A stretch of 64,000 nt of DNA, from NCBI GenBank assembly GCA_947466535.1, contig CANIEV010000003.1, positions 38 through 64,037 on the forward strand, written 5' to 3'. The notes beneath the pieces were generated by a model, which worked only from the letters and a program-made list of their open reading frames with translations, was not told where the DNA came from and searched no databases. The translations under genes and the position numbers were made by a program. Below, piece by piece: positions 22,865 to 32,705 of this stretch; within the stretch, counting starts at the first letter, position 1, and every line of letters starts with the position of its first letter. Source of the DNA: Betaproteobacteria bacterium (GTDB taxonomy: Bacteria; Pseudomonadota; Gammaproteobacteria; Burkholderiales; SG8-39).

Positions 22865-24700
22865 ATGAATCGACCGTTTACCCCGGGTATCGACGTCAAC
22901 GCACCCGCCTACGTGAAACACGCGCGTGCGATAGAGTGGGTTTCGGAAATCGCGGCGCTTACCAAACCTGACCTGATCGTCTGGTGTGATGGTACGACTG
23001 CGGAATACGACCGACTCTGCGACGAGATGGTAGCGGCAGGCACCATGCGTCGGTTGAACCCGAAGCTTCGTCCCAACAGCTTTCTGGCCTGGTCAGATCC
23101 CACGGACGTTGCTCGAATGGAGGATCGGACGTTTATCTGTTCGGAGCAGAAGGAAGACGCAGGTCCCACGAACAACTGGGTTAGTCCGGTGGAAATGCGG
23201 GCTACGATGGCGAAGATATTCGATGGATCGATGCGCGGCCGGACAATGTATGTCGTGCCATTTTCCATGGGACCGCTCGGTTCCCATATCGCGCATGTAG
23301 GCATCGAACTCACCGACTCACCTTATGTGGTTGTGTCGATGAAGGTGATGACGCGTATGGGCGCAAAGGTCTGGGACGTTCTCGGACGCGACGGACACTT
23401 CGTGCCATGCATTCATTCAGTGGGGGCGCCTCTGGCGACCGGCCAGCGGGACGTACCCTGGCCGTGTAACAAGGAACACAAATACATCGTTCATTTCCCC
23501 GAGACCAAGGAAATCTGGTCATACGGTTCCGGCTATGGCGGAAACGCCTTGCTCGGCAAGAAGTGTCTGTCGTTGCGTATAGCGTCGATCATGGGCAAGG
23601 AGCAGGGTTGGCTTGCCGAACACATGCTGATTCTCGGGGTCACCGCGCCCTCAGGCGAAAAGACGTACGTCAGCGCGGCGTTCCCTTCTGCGTGTGGCAA
23701 GACCAATTTTGCAATGATCGTTCCGCCCCCTGCATTCGAGGGCTGGAAAGTCACGACGATCGGTGAGGATATCGCCTGGATCAAACCCGGCAAGGATGGG
23801 CGCCTGTATGCGATCAATCCGGAGGCGGGTTTCTTTGGCGTCGCCCCCGGAACGTCGAACAAGACCAACCCGAATTGCATGGCAACACTGAAGGAGAACG
23901 TGATCTTCACGAACGTGGCGCTTACGCCCGAGGGGGACGTTTGGTGGGAGGGGATGACCGACACGCCGCCTGCAGAACTTATTGATTGGCAAGGACAGCC
24001 CTGGACGCCCGACTCGGGACGGAAGGCAGCACATCCGAATTCCCGGTTTACCGTTCCCGCTTCGCAGTGTCCATCAATAGACCCCGAATGGGAAAATCCG
24101 ACCGGCGTTCCTATCTCGGCTTTCATGGTAGGCGGGCGTCGTTCAAACACGGTGCCTCTCGTCGTCGAAAGCTTTAACTGGGACTCTGGTGTCTATCTGG
24201 CAGCAACGATGGGCTCAGAGACTACAGCGGCGGCCACCGGGCAGGTCGGTATCGTTCGGCGTGATCCAATGGCGATGATCCCGTTCTGTGGCTATCACAT
24301 GGCGGACTATTTTGGTCACTGGCTGAAGCTTGGACGCTCGGTCGCGCATCGACCGCATGTGTTCGCGGTGAACTGGTTCAGGACCGACGCGAATGGCCGA
24401 TTCATCTGGCCCGGGTTTGGTGAAAATATGCGTGTACTAAAGTGGATTGTGGAGCGGTGTCAGGGCAAGGCGCATGCTCAGGAAACGGCGATAGGTTGGG
24501 TTCCTGATTTCGACGACATCGAATGGAAGGGTCTGGAGAAGTTCACTCGCGAACAGTTTGCTTCGGTGACTTCAATCAAGCACGACGAATGGGAAGCCGA
24601 ACTGGCGTCTCATGATGAATTGTTTGCGTCTTTGAAGACAAGGTTGCCTAAGGAGTTGCAGCTGCGTCTAGAAGCCTTGCGTCTGGGGCTGGCGGCGTAG
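22865..24700 (+). CDS. pckG: GTP-dependent phosphoenolpyruvate carboxykinase
   Basis: [35 protein letters not shown] and HPNSRF motifs. Confidence 0.95.
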   Translation: MNRPFTPGIDVNAPAYVKHARAIEWVSEIAALTKPDLIVWCDGTTAEYDRLCDEMVAAGTMRRLNPKLRPNSFLAWSDPTDVARMEDRTFICSEQKEDAGPTNNWVSPVEMRATMAKIFDGSMRGRTMYVVPFSMGPLGSHIAHVGIELTDSPYVVVSMKVMTRMGAKVWDVLGRDGHFVPCIHSVGAPLATGQRDVPWPCNKEHKYIVHFPETKEIWSYGSGYGGNALLGKKCLSLRIASIMGKEQGWLAEHMLILGVTAPSGEKTYVSAAFPSACGKTNFAMIVPPPAFEGWKVTTIGEDIAWIKPGKDGRLYAINPEAGFFGVAPGTSNKTNPNCMATLKENVIFTNVALTPEGDVWWEGMTDTPPAELIDWQGQPWTPDSGRKAAHPNSRFTVPASQCPSIDPEWENPTGVPISAFMVGGRRSNTVPLVVESFNWDSGVYLAATMGSETTAAATGQVGIVRRDPMAMIPFCGYHMADYFGHWLKLGRSVAHRPHVFAVNWFRTDANGRFIWPGFGENMRVLKWIVERCQGKAHAQETAIGWVPDFDDIEWKGLEKFTREQFASVTSIKHDEWEAELASHDELFASLKTRLPKELQLRLEALRLGLAA

Positions 24701-24717
24701 CAAGGGTGTAGCAGAAA

Positions 24718-24744
24718 GAAAGGCCGCCTCGAGCGGCCTTTTTC
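24718..24744 (+). terminator. Rho-independent terminator after pckG
   Basis: AAAGGCCGC-ctcga-GCGGCCTTT followed by further T residues. Confidence 0.8.
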
Positions 24745-24830
24745 ATTACTGTGAGTACTTACTTGCTCAGTAGTCTCAGACTTCGCTTGATCTGGCGAAC
24801 GGGCTGCGTGAGACCTAAGCATACACCGAC

Positions 24831-24846
24831 TGTTCCACGTGGAACA
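24831..24846. promoter_or_regulatory. parS centromere-like site 1
   Basis: Perfect palindrome TGTTCCACGTGGAACA. Confidence 0.93.
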
Positions 24847-24857
24847 TCGGGGTTTAA

Positions 24858-24873
24858 TGTTTCACGTGGAACA
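24858..24873. promoter_or_regulatory. parS centromere-like site 2
   Basis: TGTTTCACGTGGAACA matches the parS consensus TGTTNCACGTGNAACA. Confidence 0.92.
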
Positions 24874-24930
24874 TAGCGCAAGGCCTCATTGGTCTTATAA
24901 TTCCGCGCCTTAGGTAGGCGCTCGGACATC

Positions 24931-26820
24931 ATGCAATTCCCCGAAACATTTGAAGTGATCGTTGTGGGTGGTGGACACGCTGGAACCGAAGCAGCGCTCG
25001 CCGCTGCACGCTCCGGATCGAGTACCTTGCTGCTCACCCATAACATCGAGACCCTGGGACAGATGTCCTGTAATCCTTCAATTGGAGGGATTGGAAAGGG
25101 GCACCTTGTTCGCGAAGTTGACGCTCTTGGCGGGGCGATGGCTATTGCTACCGACGAGGCGGGCATTCAGTTTCGGACCCTCAACTCCAGCAAAGGCCCT
25201 GCTGTTCGTGCCACGCGTGCGCAAGCCGATCGAATTCTCTACAAGCAGGCTATCCGCAGTCGCCTGGAAAATCAGGCGAACCTGACCCTCTTTCAACAGG
25301 CGGTGGATGATCTCATCCTTGAGGGCGAACGGGTTGTGGGCGTGGTGACCCAGATGGGCCTTCGATTCAAAGGCCGGTCGGTAGTGTTGACGACGGGAAC
25401 GTTTCTTTCTGGGCTGATCCATGTTGGTCTGGAAAATCATAGCGGCGGAAGGGCGGGGGATCCTCCGTCAATCAGCCTTGCGGCCAGACTTCGCGAACTG
25501 CGTCTTCCTGCGGGTAGGCTGAAGACGGGTACGCCGCCGAGAATTGACGGCAGAACAATCGATTTTTCCGCACTGCAACCGCAGCCGGGTGACGTTCCAG
25601 AACCGGTCTTTTCGCTTATGGGACGTCGTGATATGCATCCGGTCCAGTTGCCCTGCTGGATTACGCACACGAATGAACGGAGTCACGAAATCATCCGGGG
25701 CGGTCTGGATCGTTCGCCGATGTATACCGGTGTGATTGAGGGCGTCGGTCCGCGTTATTGCCCCTCGATCGAAGACAAGATTCATCGCTTCGCTCAGAAA
25801 GGCTCGCATCAGATCTTTCTTGAGCCCGAGGGCCTTACGACGCACGAGTTCTATCCAAACGGGATATCGACAAGCTTGCCGTTCGACGTGCAGCTTGATC
25901 TTGTTCGTTCCATCAAGGGACTCGAAAACGCTCATATCCTGAGACCCGGCTATGCGATCGAATACGACTACTACGACCCAAGGGGGCTGAAGCCGTCGCT
26001 AGAGACCAAAATGATCGAAGGCCTTTTCTTCGCCGGTCAGATCAACGGAACAACCGGTTACGAAGAAGCGGCAGCCCAGGGTTTGCTCGCCGGGATCAAC
26101 GCGGCACGGTACTCACGCAATACGGAACCCTGGTGGCCGCGCCGGGACGAAGCGTATCTCGGGGTTCTCGTGGATGATCTCATTACCCGTGGAGTGAGCG
26201 AGCCGTACCGAATGTTCACAAGTCGGGCTGAGTATCGCCTGATGCTGCGCGAAGACAACGCAGACTTGCGCCTCACCGAGTCGGGTCGCAGGCTCGGACT
26301 CGTTGACGATCTACGTTGGGACGCCTTCAACCGCAAGCGTGATGAAATTGCGCGTGAACAGGAGCGACTCAAATCAACATGGGTGAGTCCGCGAACGATT
26401 TCCGATGCAGATGCTTCGAGGGTGCTTGGCAAACCCATTGAGCGCGAATACACGCTGATGGATCTACTCAAGCGCCCCGATGTGACCTACGTATCACTGC
26501 GTACGCTTCAGGGTGTCGAATTCGCAGACGTGGATCCAATAGTTGCCGAGCAGGTTGAAATCCAGGCCAAGTATTTGGGTTATATCGCGCGTCAGCAAGT
26601 CGAGATCGCCCGTCATGAGCGCTATGAATCGATGGTAATGCCGGCCGACCTGGATTATCGCGAAGTGCACGGGCTTTCGATTGAAGTCCAGCAAAAGCTT
26701 AATCAGCACAAGCCCGCAACTCTTGGCCAGGCATCCCGGATGTCTGGAATTACTCCTGCTGCCATTTCGCTGCTCCTAGTTCACCTCAAGCGCTTGACAG
26801 TGCGCGATCGGGCCGCATAG
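24931..26820 (+). CDS. mnmG: tRNA uridine 5-carboxymethylaminomethyl modification enzyme MnmG/GidA
   Basis: [30 protein letters not shown] and [14 protein letters not shown] motifs. Confidence 0.98.
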   Translation: MQFPETFEVIVVGGGHAGTEAALAAARSGSSTLLLTHNIETLGQMSCNPSIGGIGKGHLVREVDALGGAMAIATDEAGIQFRTLNSSKGPAVRATRAQADRILYKQAIRSRLENQANLTLFQQAVDDLILEGERVVGVVTQMGLRFKGRSVVLTTGTFLSGLIHVGLENHSGGRAGDPPSISLAARLRELRLPAGRLKTGTPPRIDGRTIDFSALQPQPGDVPEPVFSLMGRRDMHPVQLPCWITHTNERSHEIIRGGLDRSPMYTGVIEGVGPRYCPSIEDKIHRFAQKGSHQIFLEPEGLTTHEFYPNGISTSLPFDVQLDLVRSIKGLENAHILRPGYAIEYDYYDPRGLKPSLETKMIEGLFFAGQINGTTGYEEAAAQGLLAGINAARYSRNTEPWWPRRDEAYLGVLVDDLITRGVSEPYRMFTSRAEYRLMLREDNADLRLTESGRRLGLVDDLRWDAFNRKRDEIAREQERLKSTWVSPRTISDADASRVLGKPIEREYTLMDLLKRPDVTYVSLRTLQGVEFADVDPIVAEQVEIQAKYLGYIARQQVEIARHERYESMVMPADLDYREVHGLSIEVQQKLNQHKPATLGQASRMSGITPAAISLLLVHLKRLTVRDRAA

Positions 26821-27470
26821 TGCCGCAGGAAGATGTGGCCGTGGAAATTGTTCTCGCGGACCTCGTGAAGCGGGGACTAACTTCCTTGAAAATGGAAATT
26901 TTACAAGAACATATTGATAAGCTCGTCCAATACATCGGGCTCCTGATGAAATGGAACAAGGTGTACAACCTGACAGCAATTCGGGAGCCAGAGCGAATGG
27001 TAAGTCACCACATCATGGATAGCGCATCAGTCCTTCCGTACTTGCCCTCGAAGGACGTACTCGACGTCGGAACCGGACCCGGCCTCCCCGGGATTCCGCT
27101 GGCGATTCTGCGACCGACGAGCAGGGTCACGCTTCTGGACGTGATTCAGAAAAAAGCTGCGTTCCTCCGACAGGCGGCGGGAGAACTCGATTTGCGCAAT
27201 GTCGATGTGGTCTGCGAGCGCGTCGAGTCCTGGAACACGGACCGTCGATTTCCGGTTATCACGTCTCGTGCATTTTCCGAACTCGCCGATTTTGTTCGTT
27301 CCGCGGAACATCTGCTTGAGGAGGGCGGTCGGTTCGCGGCCATGAAGGGCGTTTTCCCGAAGGACGAGATTGATCGGCTTCCATCGGGATTTCATGTGGA
27401 GAGTGTCATCGAACTCCGAGTTCCCGGAATCGATGCGCAACGTCACCTTGTAATGATCGGACGATCATGA
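26820..27470 (+). CDS. rsmG: 16S rRNA m7G527 methyltransferase RsmG/GidB
   Basis: WNKVYNLTAI, LDVGTGPGLPGIPLA and TSRAF motifs. Confidence 0.96.
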   Translation: MPQEDVAVEIVLADLVKRGLTSLKMEILQEHIDKLVQYIGLLMKWNKVYNLTAIREPERMVSHHIMDSASVLPYLPSKDVLDVGTGPGLPGIPLAILRPTSRVTLLDVIQKKAAFLRQAAGELDLRNVDVVCERVESWNTDRRFPVITSRAFSELADFVRSAEHLLEEGGRFAAMKGVFPKDEIDRLPSGFHVESVIELRVPGIDAQRHLVMIGRS

Positions 27471-28258
27471 CCCGGGTTCTCGCCATCACCAACCAGAAAG
27501 GCGGCGTTGGTAAAACCACCACGACCGTCAATCTCGCTGCCGGTCTTGCAGGTGCCAACAAGCGGGTTTTGCTCGTGGATCTCGATCCGCAAGGCAACGC
27601 AACGATGGGAAGTGGCATCGAAAAGCGCATGCTCAAGGAGACCGTCTATCACGTACTTCTCGGCCTTTCGACTGCGGCGAACGTTCGCGTCCGATCGGAG
27701 TCGGGCGGGTACGATGTGCTGCCGGCGAATCGCGACCTGGCAGGTGCCGAAGTCGAACTGGTGGAACTCGAACATCGCGAAACCCGGATGAAACAGGCGC
27801 TCGAGACGTTCGTCGCTCAATACGATTTTGTGCTGATCGATTGTCCTCCCGCCCTCAACATGCTTACTGTGAATGCGCTGGTTTGCGCCGACGCGGTGAT
27901 GATCCCGATGCAATGCGAGTACTACGCACTCGAAGGACTTTCGGATCTGGTCAACACCATACGCCGCGTCCGGCAGCATCTGAATCCAAAGCTGGAGATC
28001 GAAGGGCTGCTTCGTACGATGTTCGATCCGCGAAATACGCTCGCGCAGAATGTGTCCGAACAGCTTCAACAGCACTTCGGCGACAAGGTGTATCGCACCG
28101 TAATACCCCGAAACATACGCCTGGCCGAAGCACCCAGCTACGGTGTTCCGGCGGTCAGCCTGGATGCGGCATGCAAAGGCTCGCAGGCCTATGTCGCGCT
28201 TGCCTGGGAGCTGATCACGCGGGGCGGCGCGGCCGCTGTGGCGGCAACTGCGGTCTGA
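27467..28258 (+). CDS. parA: Chromosome partitioning ATPase ParA/Soj
   Basis: NQKGGVGKTTT, DLDPQGNAT and IPRNIRLAEAPSYG motifs. Confidence 0.96.
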   Translation: MTRVLAITNQKGGVGKTTTTVNLAAGLAGANKRVLLVDLDPQGNATMGSGIEKRMLKETVYHVLLGLSTAANVRVRSESGGYDVLPANRDLAGAEVELVELEHRETRMKQALETFVAQYDFVLIDCPPALNMLTVNALVCADAVMIPMQCEYYALEGLSDLVNTIRRVRQHLNPKLEIEGLLRTMFDPRNTLAQNVSEQLQQHFGDKVYRTVIPRNIRLAEAPSYGVPAVSLDAACKGSQAYVALAWELITRGGAAAVAATAV

Positions 28259-28270
28259 CAGGAGAGATAG

Positions 28271-29140
28271 ATGAAGGTAAAGAAGGGGCTGGGCCGGGGA
28301 CTCGACGCATTGCTCGATACGGACGATGCGCCGCCCGCGGCACCCGCGAAGGAATCGCTCGCCGTGCTTTCGATCGACCGTCTTCAGCGCGGCAAGTACC
28401 AGCCGCGAACCAGAATGGACGAAGCGTCACTTGCCGAGCTGGCCGCGTCGATCGGTCAGCAGGGCTTGATGCAGCCCATTCTTGTCCGCCCGATTGGCAA
28501 GGATCGTTACGAAATAATCGCCGGGGAACGGCGCTGGCGTGCCGCACGGATCGCGGGTCTTGTCGAGGTCCCGGTGGTGGTGAGGGAGGTCCCGGACAAG
28601 GCGGCGCTGGCAATGGCCCTGATCGAGAACATTCAGCGCGAAGACCTAAATGCGCTCGAAGAAGCACAAGGCCTGAAACGCCTGATCGACGAGTTTGGAC
28701 TCACTCAGGAGCAGGCGGCGGAAGCCGTCGGACGCTCACGCGCCGCGGTGACGAACCTCCTGCGCCTGCTCAATCTCGGCAAGCCTGTGCAGCAACTGAT
28801 GATCGACGGCAAGCTCGAAATGGGACACGCCCGTGCGCTGCTCGCGCTCGATGCGCGTCGCCAGGAGGAACTTGCGCGTGATGCCGTGGAGCTTGGATGG
28901 TCGGTACGCGAGACGGAAAAGCGTGTGAACGAGCTCCTGAACCTCACCGGGAAGGTGGTGATCGGCAAGGCGGCCGAGCCCCCCAAGGTCGATCGTGACA
29001 TCGAACGATACGAGCAGGAATTGTCGGAGCGTTTCGGGACCCGGATTGAATTGCGTCCCGAACGTAAAGGCTCGGGAAAGCTGGTGATCCGATACACCAA
29101 CAATGAACATCTGGAGTCGCTGCTGGCCCGTTTCAGCTGA
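28271..29140 (+). CDS. parB: Chromosome partitioning protein ParB
   Basis: GLGRGLDAL, AGERRWRA and ENIQREDL motifs plus HTH. Confidence 0.96.
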   Translation: MKVKKGLGRGLDALLDTDDAPPAAPAKESLAVLSIDRLQRGKYQPRTRMDEASLAELAASIGQQGLMQPILVRPIGKDRYEIIAGERRWRAARIAGLVEVPVVVREVPDKAALAMALIENIQREDLNALEEAQGLKRLIDEFGLTQEQAAEAVGRSRAAVTNLLRLLNLGKPVQQLMIDGKLEMGHARALLALDARRQEELARDAVELGWSVRETEKRVNELLNLTGKVVIGKAAEPPKVDRDIERYEQELSERFGTRIELRPERKGSGKLVIRYTNNEHLESLLARFS

Positions 29141-29168
29141 TCCGGTCGCGCTACTTTTCCGGTGGCCT

Positions 29169-30443
29169 TCAAGCCGCAGGAAGAAACCGCGCTCGCGGGC
29201 GCAATACAAACCCTGCGAGCCGCTGTTCCATGACGTGGGCGATCCAGCCGGCTGTTCGTCCCAGAGCCCACAATGCGCCCGCGCTGTGGGCGGGCATCCC
29301 AAGCGCAATGGTCAGCGCAACCAGTCCGACTTCAAGACTGGGCCTGAGGTGCAATCGCCGGTCGGCTTCATCAATGAACTCACAGACCAGGCGAGTGTGT
29401 TCGTTGGTAGCGAAAGATCGAGCGATCTGAAGTAGCGCACGAGCTCTTGGATCTCCCTTGGGATACACGACGATATTGAATCCCGGGATGCGATTCCCCG
29501 CCTGCTCGAGAGTCAGTAAGCGCAAACGCACGTCTTCCGAGCTGTGCGCGTCGCGGAGAAGATCCTCCACACGATCACAGCCTGCACCGGCCAATGCACC
29601 GGAGTGGGCGCCAACAGCGGCAAGCATGCAGGCGCGCAGTTCTGCGCCTGTGGATGCTGCGACTCGCGCTGCGAAAGTTGACGGCGACAACTCGTGATCT
29701 GCGCACAAAACCAGCGCGGTATTGATCGCCAGAACGATTTCCGGCGAAACCGACGGCAGCAGAATTCGGGCGATATTTTCTGCGAGACCGCGAGCGCTTT
29801 CGGGTACGACGAAGCGCCGGGCCGGGCCGAGATAGCCGAGGCAACCGGTCAAGGTCAGGATCATTTGCCTCGCCGCGGGGATGGTCGTGCCGCGCCGAAT
29901 TTCGTTTCGTGCGGCCTCGGCGGCACCGAGCATCGTCGTTGCAATGCCGAACACGCGAAGAATCGGCGGGAGTTCGCCCTGCAGCACCACATGATCCATC
30001 AACTCGCCAAACCCGTTAGGTAACTGCTCACTGTCCCAAACAACGGCCTCGAGGTGATCTATCCCTGTCCAGAGAAGCTCCGCGACCGCTTCAAACGAGC
30101 GGCGTTGTCGCACCAGGTCAAGCGCAAGCCGCCCGCGGTAGCGGGGGCCGTCCGGTGTCAGTTCGGTGATCCCGGTGTTGATCACCGGTTGGCCCCAGCG
30201 AAGCGCCGATTCGGCCGCAGCGCCCGTTCCCGCACGCGCATCGCTGCGCGCACGAACCTTGTCGATGTCCTCCCGGTAGTACAACCTGTCCTTGCGGTCG
30301 AGCTGTGCGACCGAGCGGATCAGTCCCCGGCTCACGTAGGTGTACAAGGTCTGAGGCTTGACTTTGAGAATCCGGGCAGCCTCCGCTGCCGTGACGTATT
30401 CGGAAGCTGAGGAAGAAATTGTGGTGCTTGATGCGGAAGGCAT
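29169..30443 (-). CDS. HTH (excisionase/MerR-like) plus citrate synthase-fold fusion protein, catalytic residues substituted; probable regulator (start assigned to the ATG at 30443)
   Basis: N-terminal TAAEAARILKVKPQTLYTYVSRGLI; citrate synthase motifs ADHELSPSTF, GDPRA, GRTAGWIAH and LRPR, with GPLHGG>GALAGA, GFGH>GFNI and NVD>SLE. Confidence 0.8.
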   Translation of the reverse strand: MPSASSTTISSSASEYVTAAEAARILKVKPQTLYTYVSRGLIRSVAQLDRKDRLYYREDIDKVRARSDARAGTGAAAESALRWGQPVINTGITELTPDGPRYRGRLALDLVRQRRSFEAVAELLWTGIDHLEAVVWDSEQLPNGFGELMDHVVLQGELPPILRVFGIATTMLGAAEAARNEIRRGTTIPAARQMILTLTGCLGYLGPARRFVVPESARGLAENIARILLPSVSPEIVLAINTALVLCADHELSPSTFAARVAASTGAELRACMLAAVGAHSGALAGAGCDRVEDLLRDAHSSEDVRLRLLTLEQAGNRIPGFNIVVYPKGDPRARALLQIARSFATNEHTRLVCEFIDEADRRLHLRPSLEVGLVALTIALGMPAHSAGALWALGRTAGWIAHVMEQRLAGFVLRPRARFLPAA

Positions 30444-30482
30444 TTGGAAAACCGCGTTATTCAGCAGTGGGAAGAATATATG

Positions 30483-30505
30483 TCGATTATCAAATCGAGA
30501 TTGAT
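30483..30505. promoter_or_regulatory. Candidate operator in the divergent promoter
   Basis: Overlapping inverted repeats TCGAT-N6-ATCGA (30483-30498) and ATCAA-N7-TTGAT (30489-30505). Confidence 0.45.
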
Positions 30506-30613
30506 CTAGCCTAATTCTCACCCTACCATCCGCCTCCTGTAAAGCGCTTCCGGAAAATTTTACCCAACGTATCCCCGGGACCGAACCCGAAGCCACTCGC
30601 ACGAGGAGGAAGT

Positions 30614-31834
30614 ATGGGCGCCGCTCACGAATGGCCCGAAGAGGGCATCAGCCGAATTCCGTTTTGGGTCTACTCGGACCCCGAAATCTACCAACGCGAG
30701 CAGGAACGCATCTTCTGTGGACCGAACTGGTCCTACGTCGGACTCGAAGCAGAGGTGCCGAATCCGGGCGATTACGTGCGCACGTTCATCGGAGACAAGC
30801 CGGTGATCGTGGTGCGCAACAACGACGGTGCCATCAACGTTATGGAAAACCGTTGCGCCCATCGTGGCGTGCAGCTATGCCAGAAGCATCTCGGCAATGC
30901 CACCGAATTCATGTGCCCCTACCACCAGTGGACTTACAAGTTGGACGGGGAATTGATCGGTGTGCCAATGCGTCGCGGAATCCGCAAGCAGGGCGGCATG
31001 CCCGATGACTTCGACCCGAAGAACCATGGCCTGGCCAAGCTGCAGGTGGCCACGCGCAATGGCGTGATCTACGCCAGCTTTTCGAAGGACGTGAAGCCCT
31101 TCGAAGAAGACGTCGGCGCCAGCATGCTTGCACTGCACGACCGCGTCTTCGATGGCCGGAAGCTCAAGGTGCTCGGATACCAGCGTCAGCTCATTCCGTC
31201 GAACTGGAAGCTGATGATGGAAAACATCAAGGACCCGTACCACGCCAGCCTGTTGCACGTATTTCTGGTTTCATTTGGCCTGTTCCGCATAGACCAACCC
31301 TCAAAGGTTCAGATGGACCCGACTGGGCGGCACGGTGCGCTGATCAACTGGCGCGGCGAGCAGAAGAAAACCGAAGATAACGCCGATATGAAGAGCCTGG
31401 ATGTAAACCTGAAGCTCCAGGGTACAACCATGCTCCAGCCGGAACGCGAGTTTCCCGAGTACACCGTGGTGATGCTCACTCTTTGGCCGAATCTGATCGT
31501 GCAGCAACAGTCGAACACGCTCGCGATGCGTCAGATGATCACGAAGGGACCCAATGCGTTCGAACTCGCCTGGACATACTTCGGCTACGAAGATGACTCG
31601 CCGGAAATGACACAGCGCCGATTGCGGCAGGCTAATCTCATGGGCCCGTCCGGATTTGTCTCCATCGACGACAGCGAAGTCATGGCCGGTTCACAACAGG
31701 GTATCGCACCGTATCCGAACAGCATCGGCGTGCTCGAAATGGGCGGGCGCGAATGGGCCGACCAGCCGCACACTGTTACCGAATCGGTAATTCGCGGCTT
31801 CTGGGCCGGTTACCGCAAAGCCATGGACCTGTGA
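30614..31834 (+). CDS. Rieske oxygenase alpha subunit, salicylate 5-hydroxylase (NagG)-like
   Basis: CAHRG...CPYHQW Rieske site, NWKLMMENIKDPYHASLLH and QANLMGPSGFVSIDD; closely resembles NagG as I recall it. Confidence 0.9.
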   Translation: MGAAHEWPEEGISRIPFWVYSDPEIYQREQERIFCGPNWSYVGLEAEVPNPGDYVRTFIGDKPVIVVRNNDGAINVMENRCAHRGVQLCQKHLGNATEFMCPYHQWTYKLDGELIGVPMRRGIRKQGGMPDDFDPKNHGLAKLQVATRNGVIYASFSKDVKPFEEDVGASMLALHDRVFDGRKLKVLGYQRQLIPSNWKLMMENIKDPYHASLLHVFLVSFGLFRIDQPSKVQMDPTGRHGALINWRGEQKKTEDNADMKSLDVNLKLQGTTMLQPEREFPEYTVVMLTLWPNLIVQQQSNTLAMRQMITKGPNAFELAWTYFGYEDDSPEMTQRRLRQANLMGPSGFVSIDDSEVMAGSQQGIAPYPNSIGVLEMGGREWADQPHTVTESVIRGFWAGYRKAMDL

Positions 31835-31844
31835 GGCGCGAATC

Positions 31845-32345
31845 ATGACCGCTGCTGAACGTTTTCTTAGCCTGAGTGCCCGCGACCTGCGCTTCGAGGT
31901 CGAAGAGCTTTACGCCAATTACATCGGCTGCCTCGACGAGGAGAGATTCGAGGAGTGGCCGGGCTTTTTCACCGAACCCTGCCTGTACCGGATTATCCCG
32001 CGAGAGAATTTCGAGCGCGGCCTGCCGTTGTCGCTCTGGCTGTGTGAAAACCAGGGCTATCTGCAGGACCGTGTCACCGGCATCCGGAAAACGCTGGTCT
32101 ATGGCCCGAGAATGTTGCGCCGGATGGTGTCTGCGATACGCATTCTTGGATGGAAGGACGGGGAGCTCGAGGTTCGAGCCAACTACACCTCCTATGAAAC
32201 GCTTACCGACGAACCGACCCGCGTATTCAACGTCGGACAATATCGCGACAAGATTGTCGTGGAGGGTGATCGGCTGAAGTTCCGCGAAAAACTCTGCGTG
32301 TACGACAGCCTCCTCGTGCCCAACAGCCTGATCTTCCCGCTCTGA
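31845..32345 (+). CDS. Rieske oxygenase beta subunit (NagH-like)
   Basis: YRIIPRENFERGLPL, LQDRV and C-terminal NSLIFPL. Confidence 0.9.
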   Translation: MTAAERFLSLSARDLRFEVEELYANYIGCLDEERFEEWPGFFTEPCLYRIIPRENFERGLPLSLWLCENQGYLQDRVTGIRKTLVYGPRMLRRMVSAIRILGWKDGELEVRANYTSYETLTDEPTRVFNVGQYRDKIVVEGDRLKFREKLCVYDSLLVPNSLIFPL

Positions 32346-32386
32346 GCGGACAGGATTTTCCTAACAAGCAGCGAAGAAAGAGATCG

Positions 32387-32704
32387 ATGAGCAAAGACTG
32401 GATTGAGGTTGCCAAGGCCGACGATATTCCCGACGAGGGCACCCTCCTGGTGGATTGCGCCGGCGAACCGGTGTGCCTGTACAAGATTTCCGACGGCATT
32501 TTCGCGACCCACGACACCTGCTCACACGGCATGGCGAGCCTGGCCGACGGCTTCATCGTCGAAGGCAACCAGATCGAATGCCCCCTGCATCAGGGAACGT
32601 TCGATGTGCGCAACGGCAAGGCTGTCGGCATTCCCTGCAAGGTTGATGTACGTAGCTATCCCGTGAAAGTTGAAAACGGCGCAGTATTCATCAAGGAGTC
32701 CTGA
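32387..32704 (+). CDS. Rieske ferredoxin (NagAb-like)
   Basis: CSHG...ECPLHQGTFD motif. Confidence 0.93.
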   Translation: MSKDWIEVAKADDIPDEGTLLVDCAGEPVCLYKISDGIFATHDTCSHGMASLADGFIVEGNQIECPLHQGTFDVRNGKAVGIPCKVDVRSYPVKVENGAVFIKES

Positions 32705-32705
32705 C

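Noticed and set aside
24745-24830. Nested short stems (GTCTCA...TGAGAC) before parS
   Set aside because: The stems are too short to distinguish from chance.
29169-30443. Calling the fusion protein gltA or prpC
   Set aside because: The catalytic His, His and Asp are substituted and an HTH is fused to the N-terminus.
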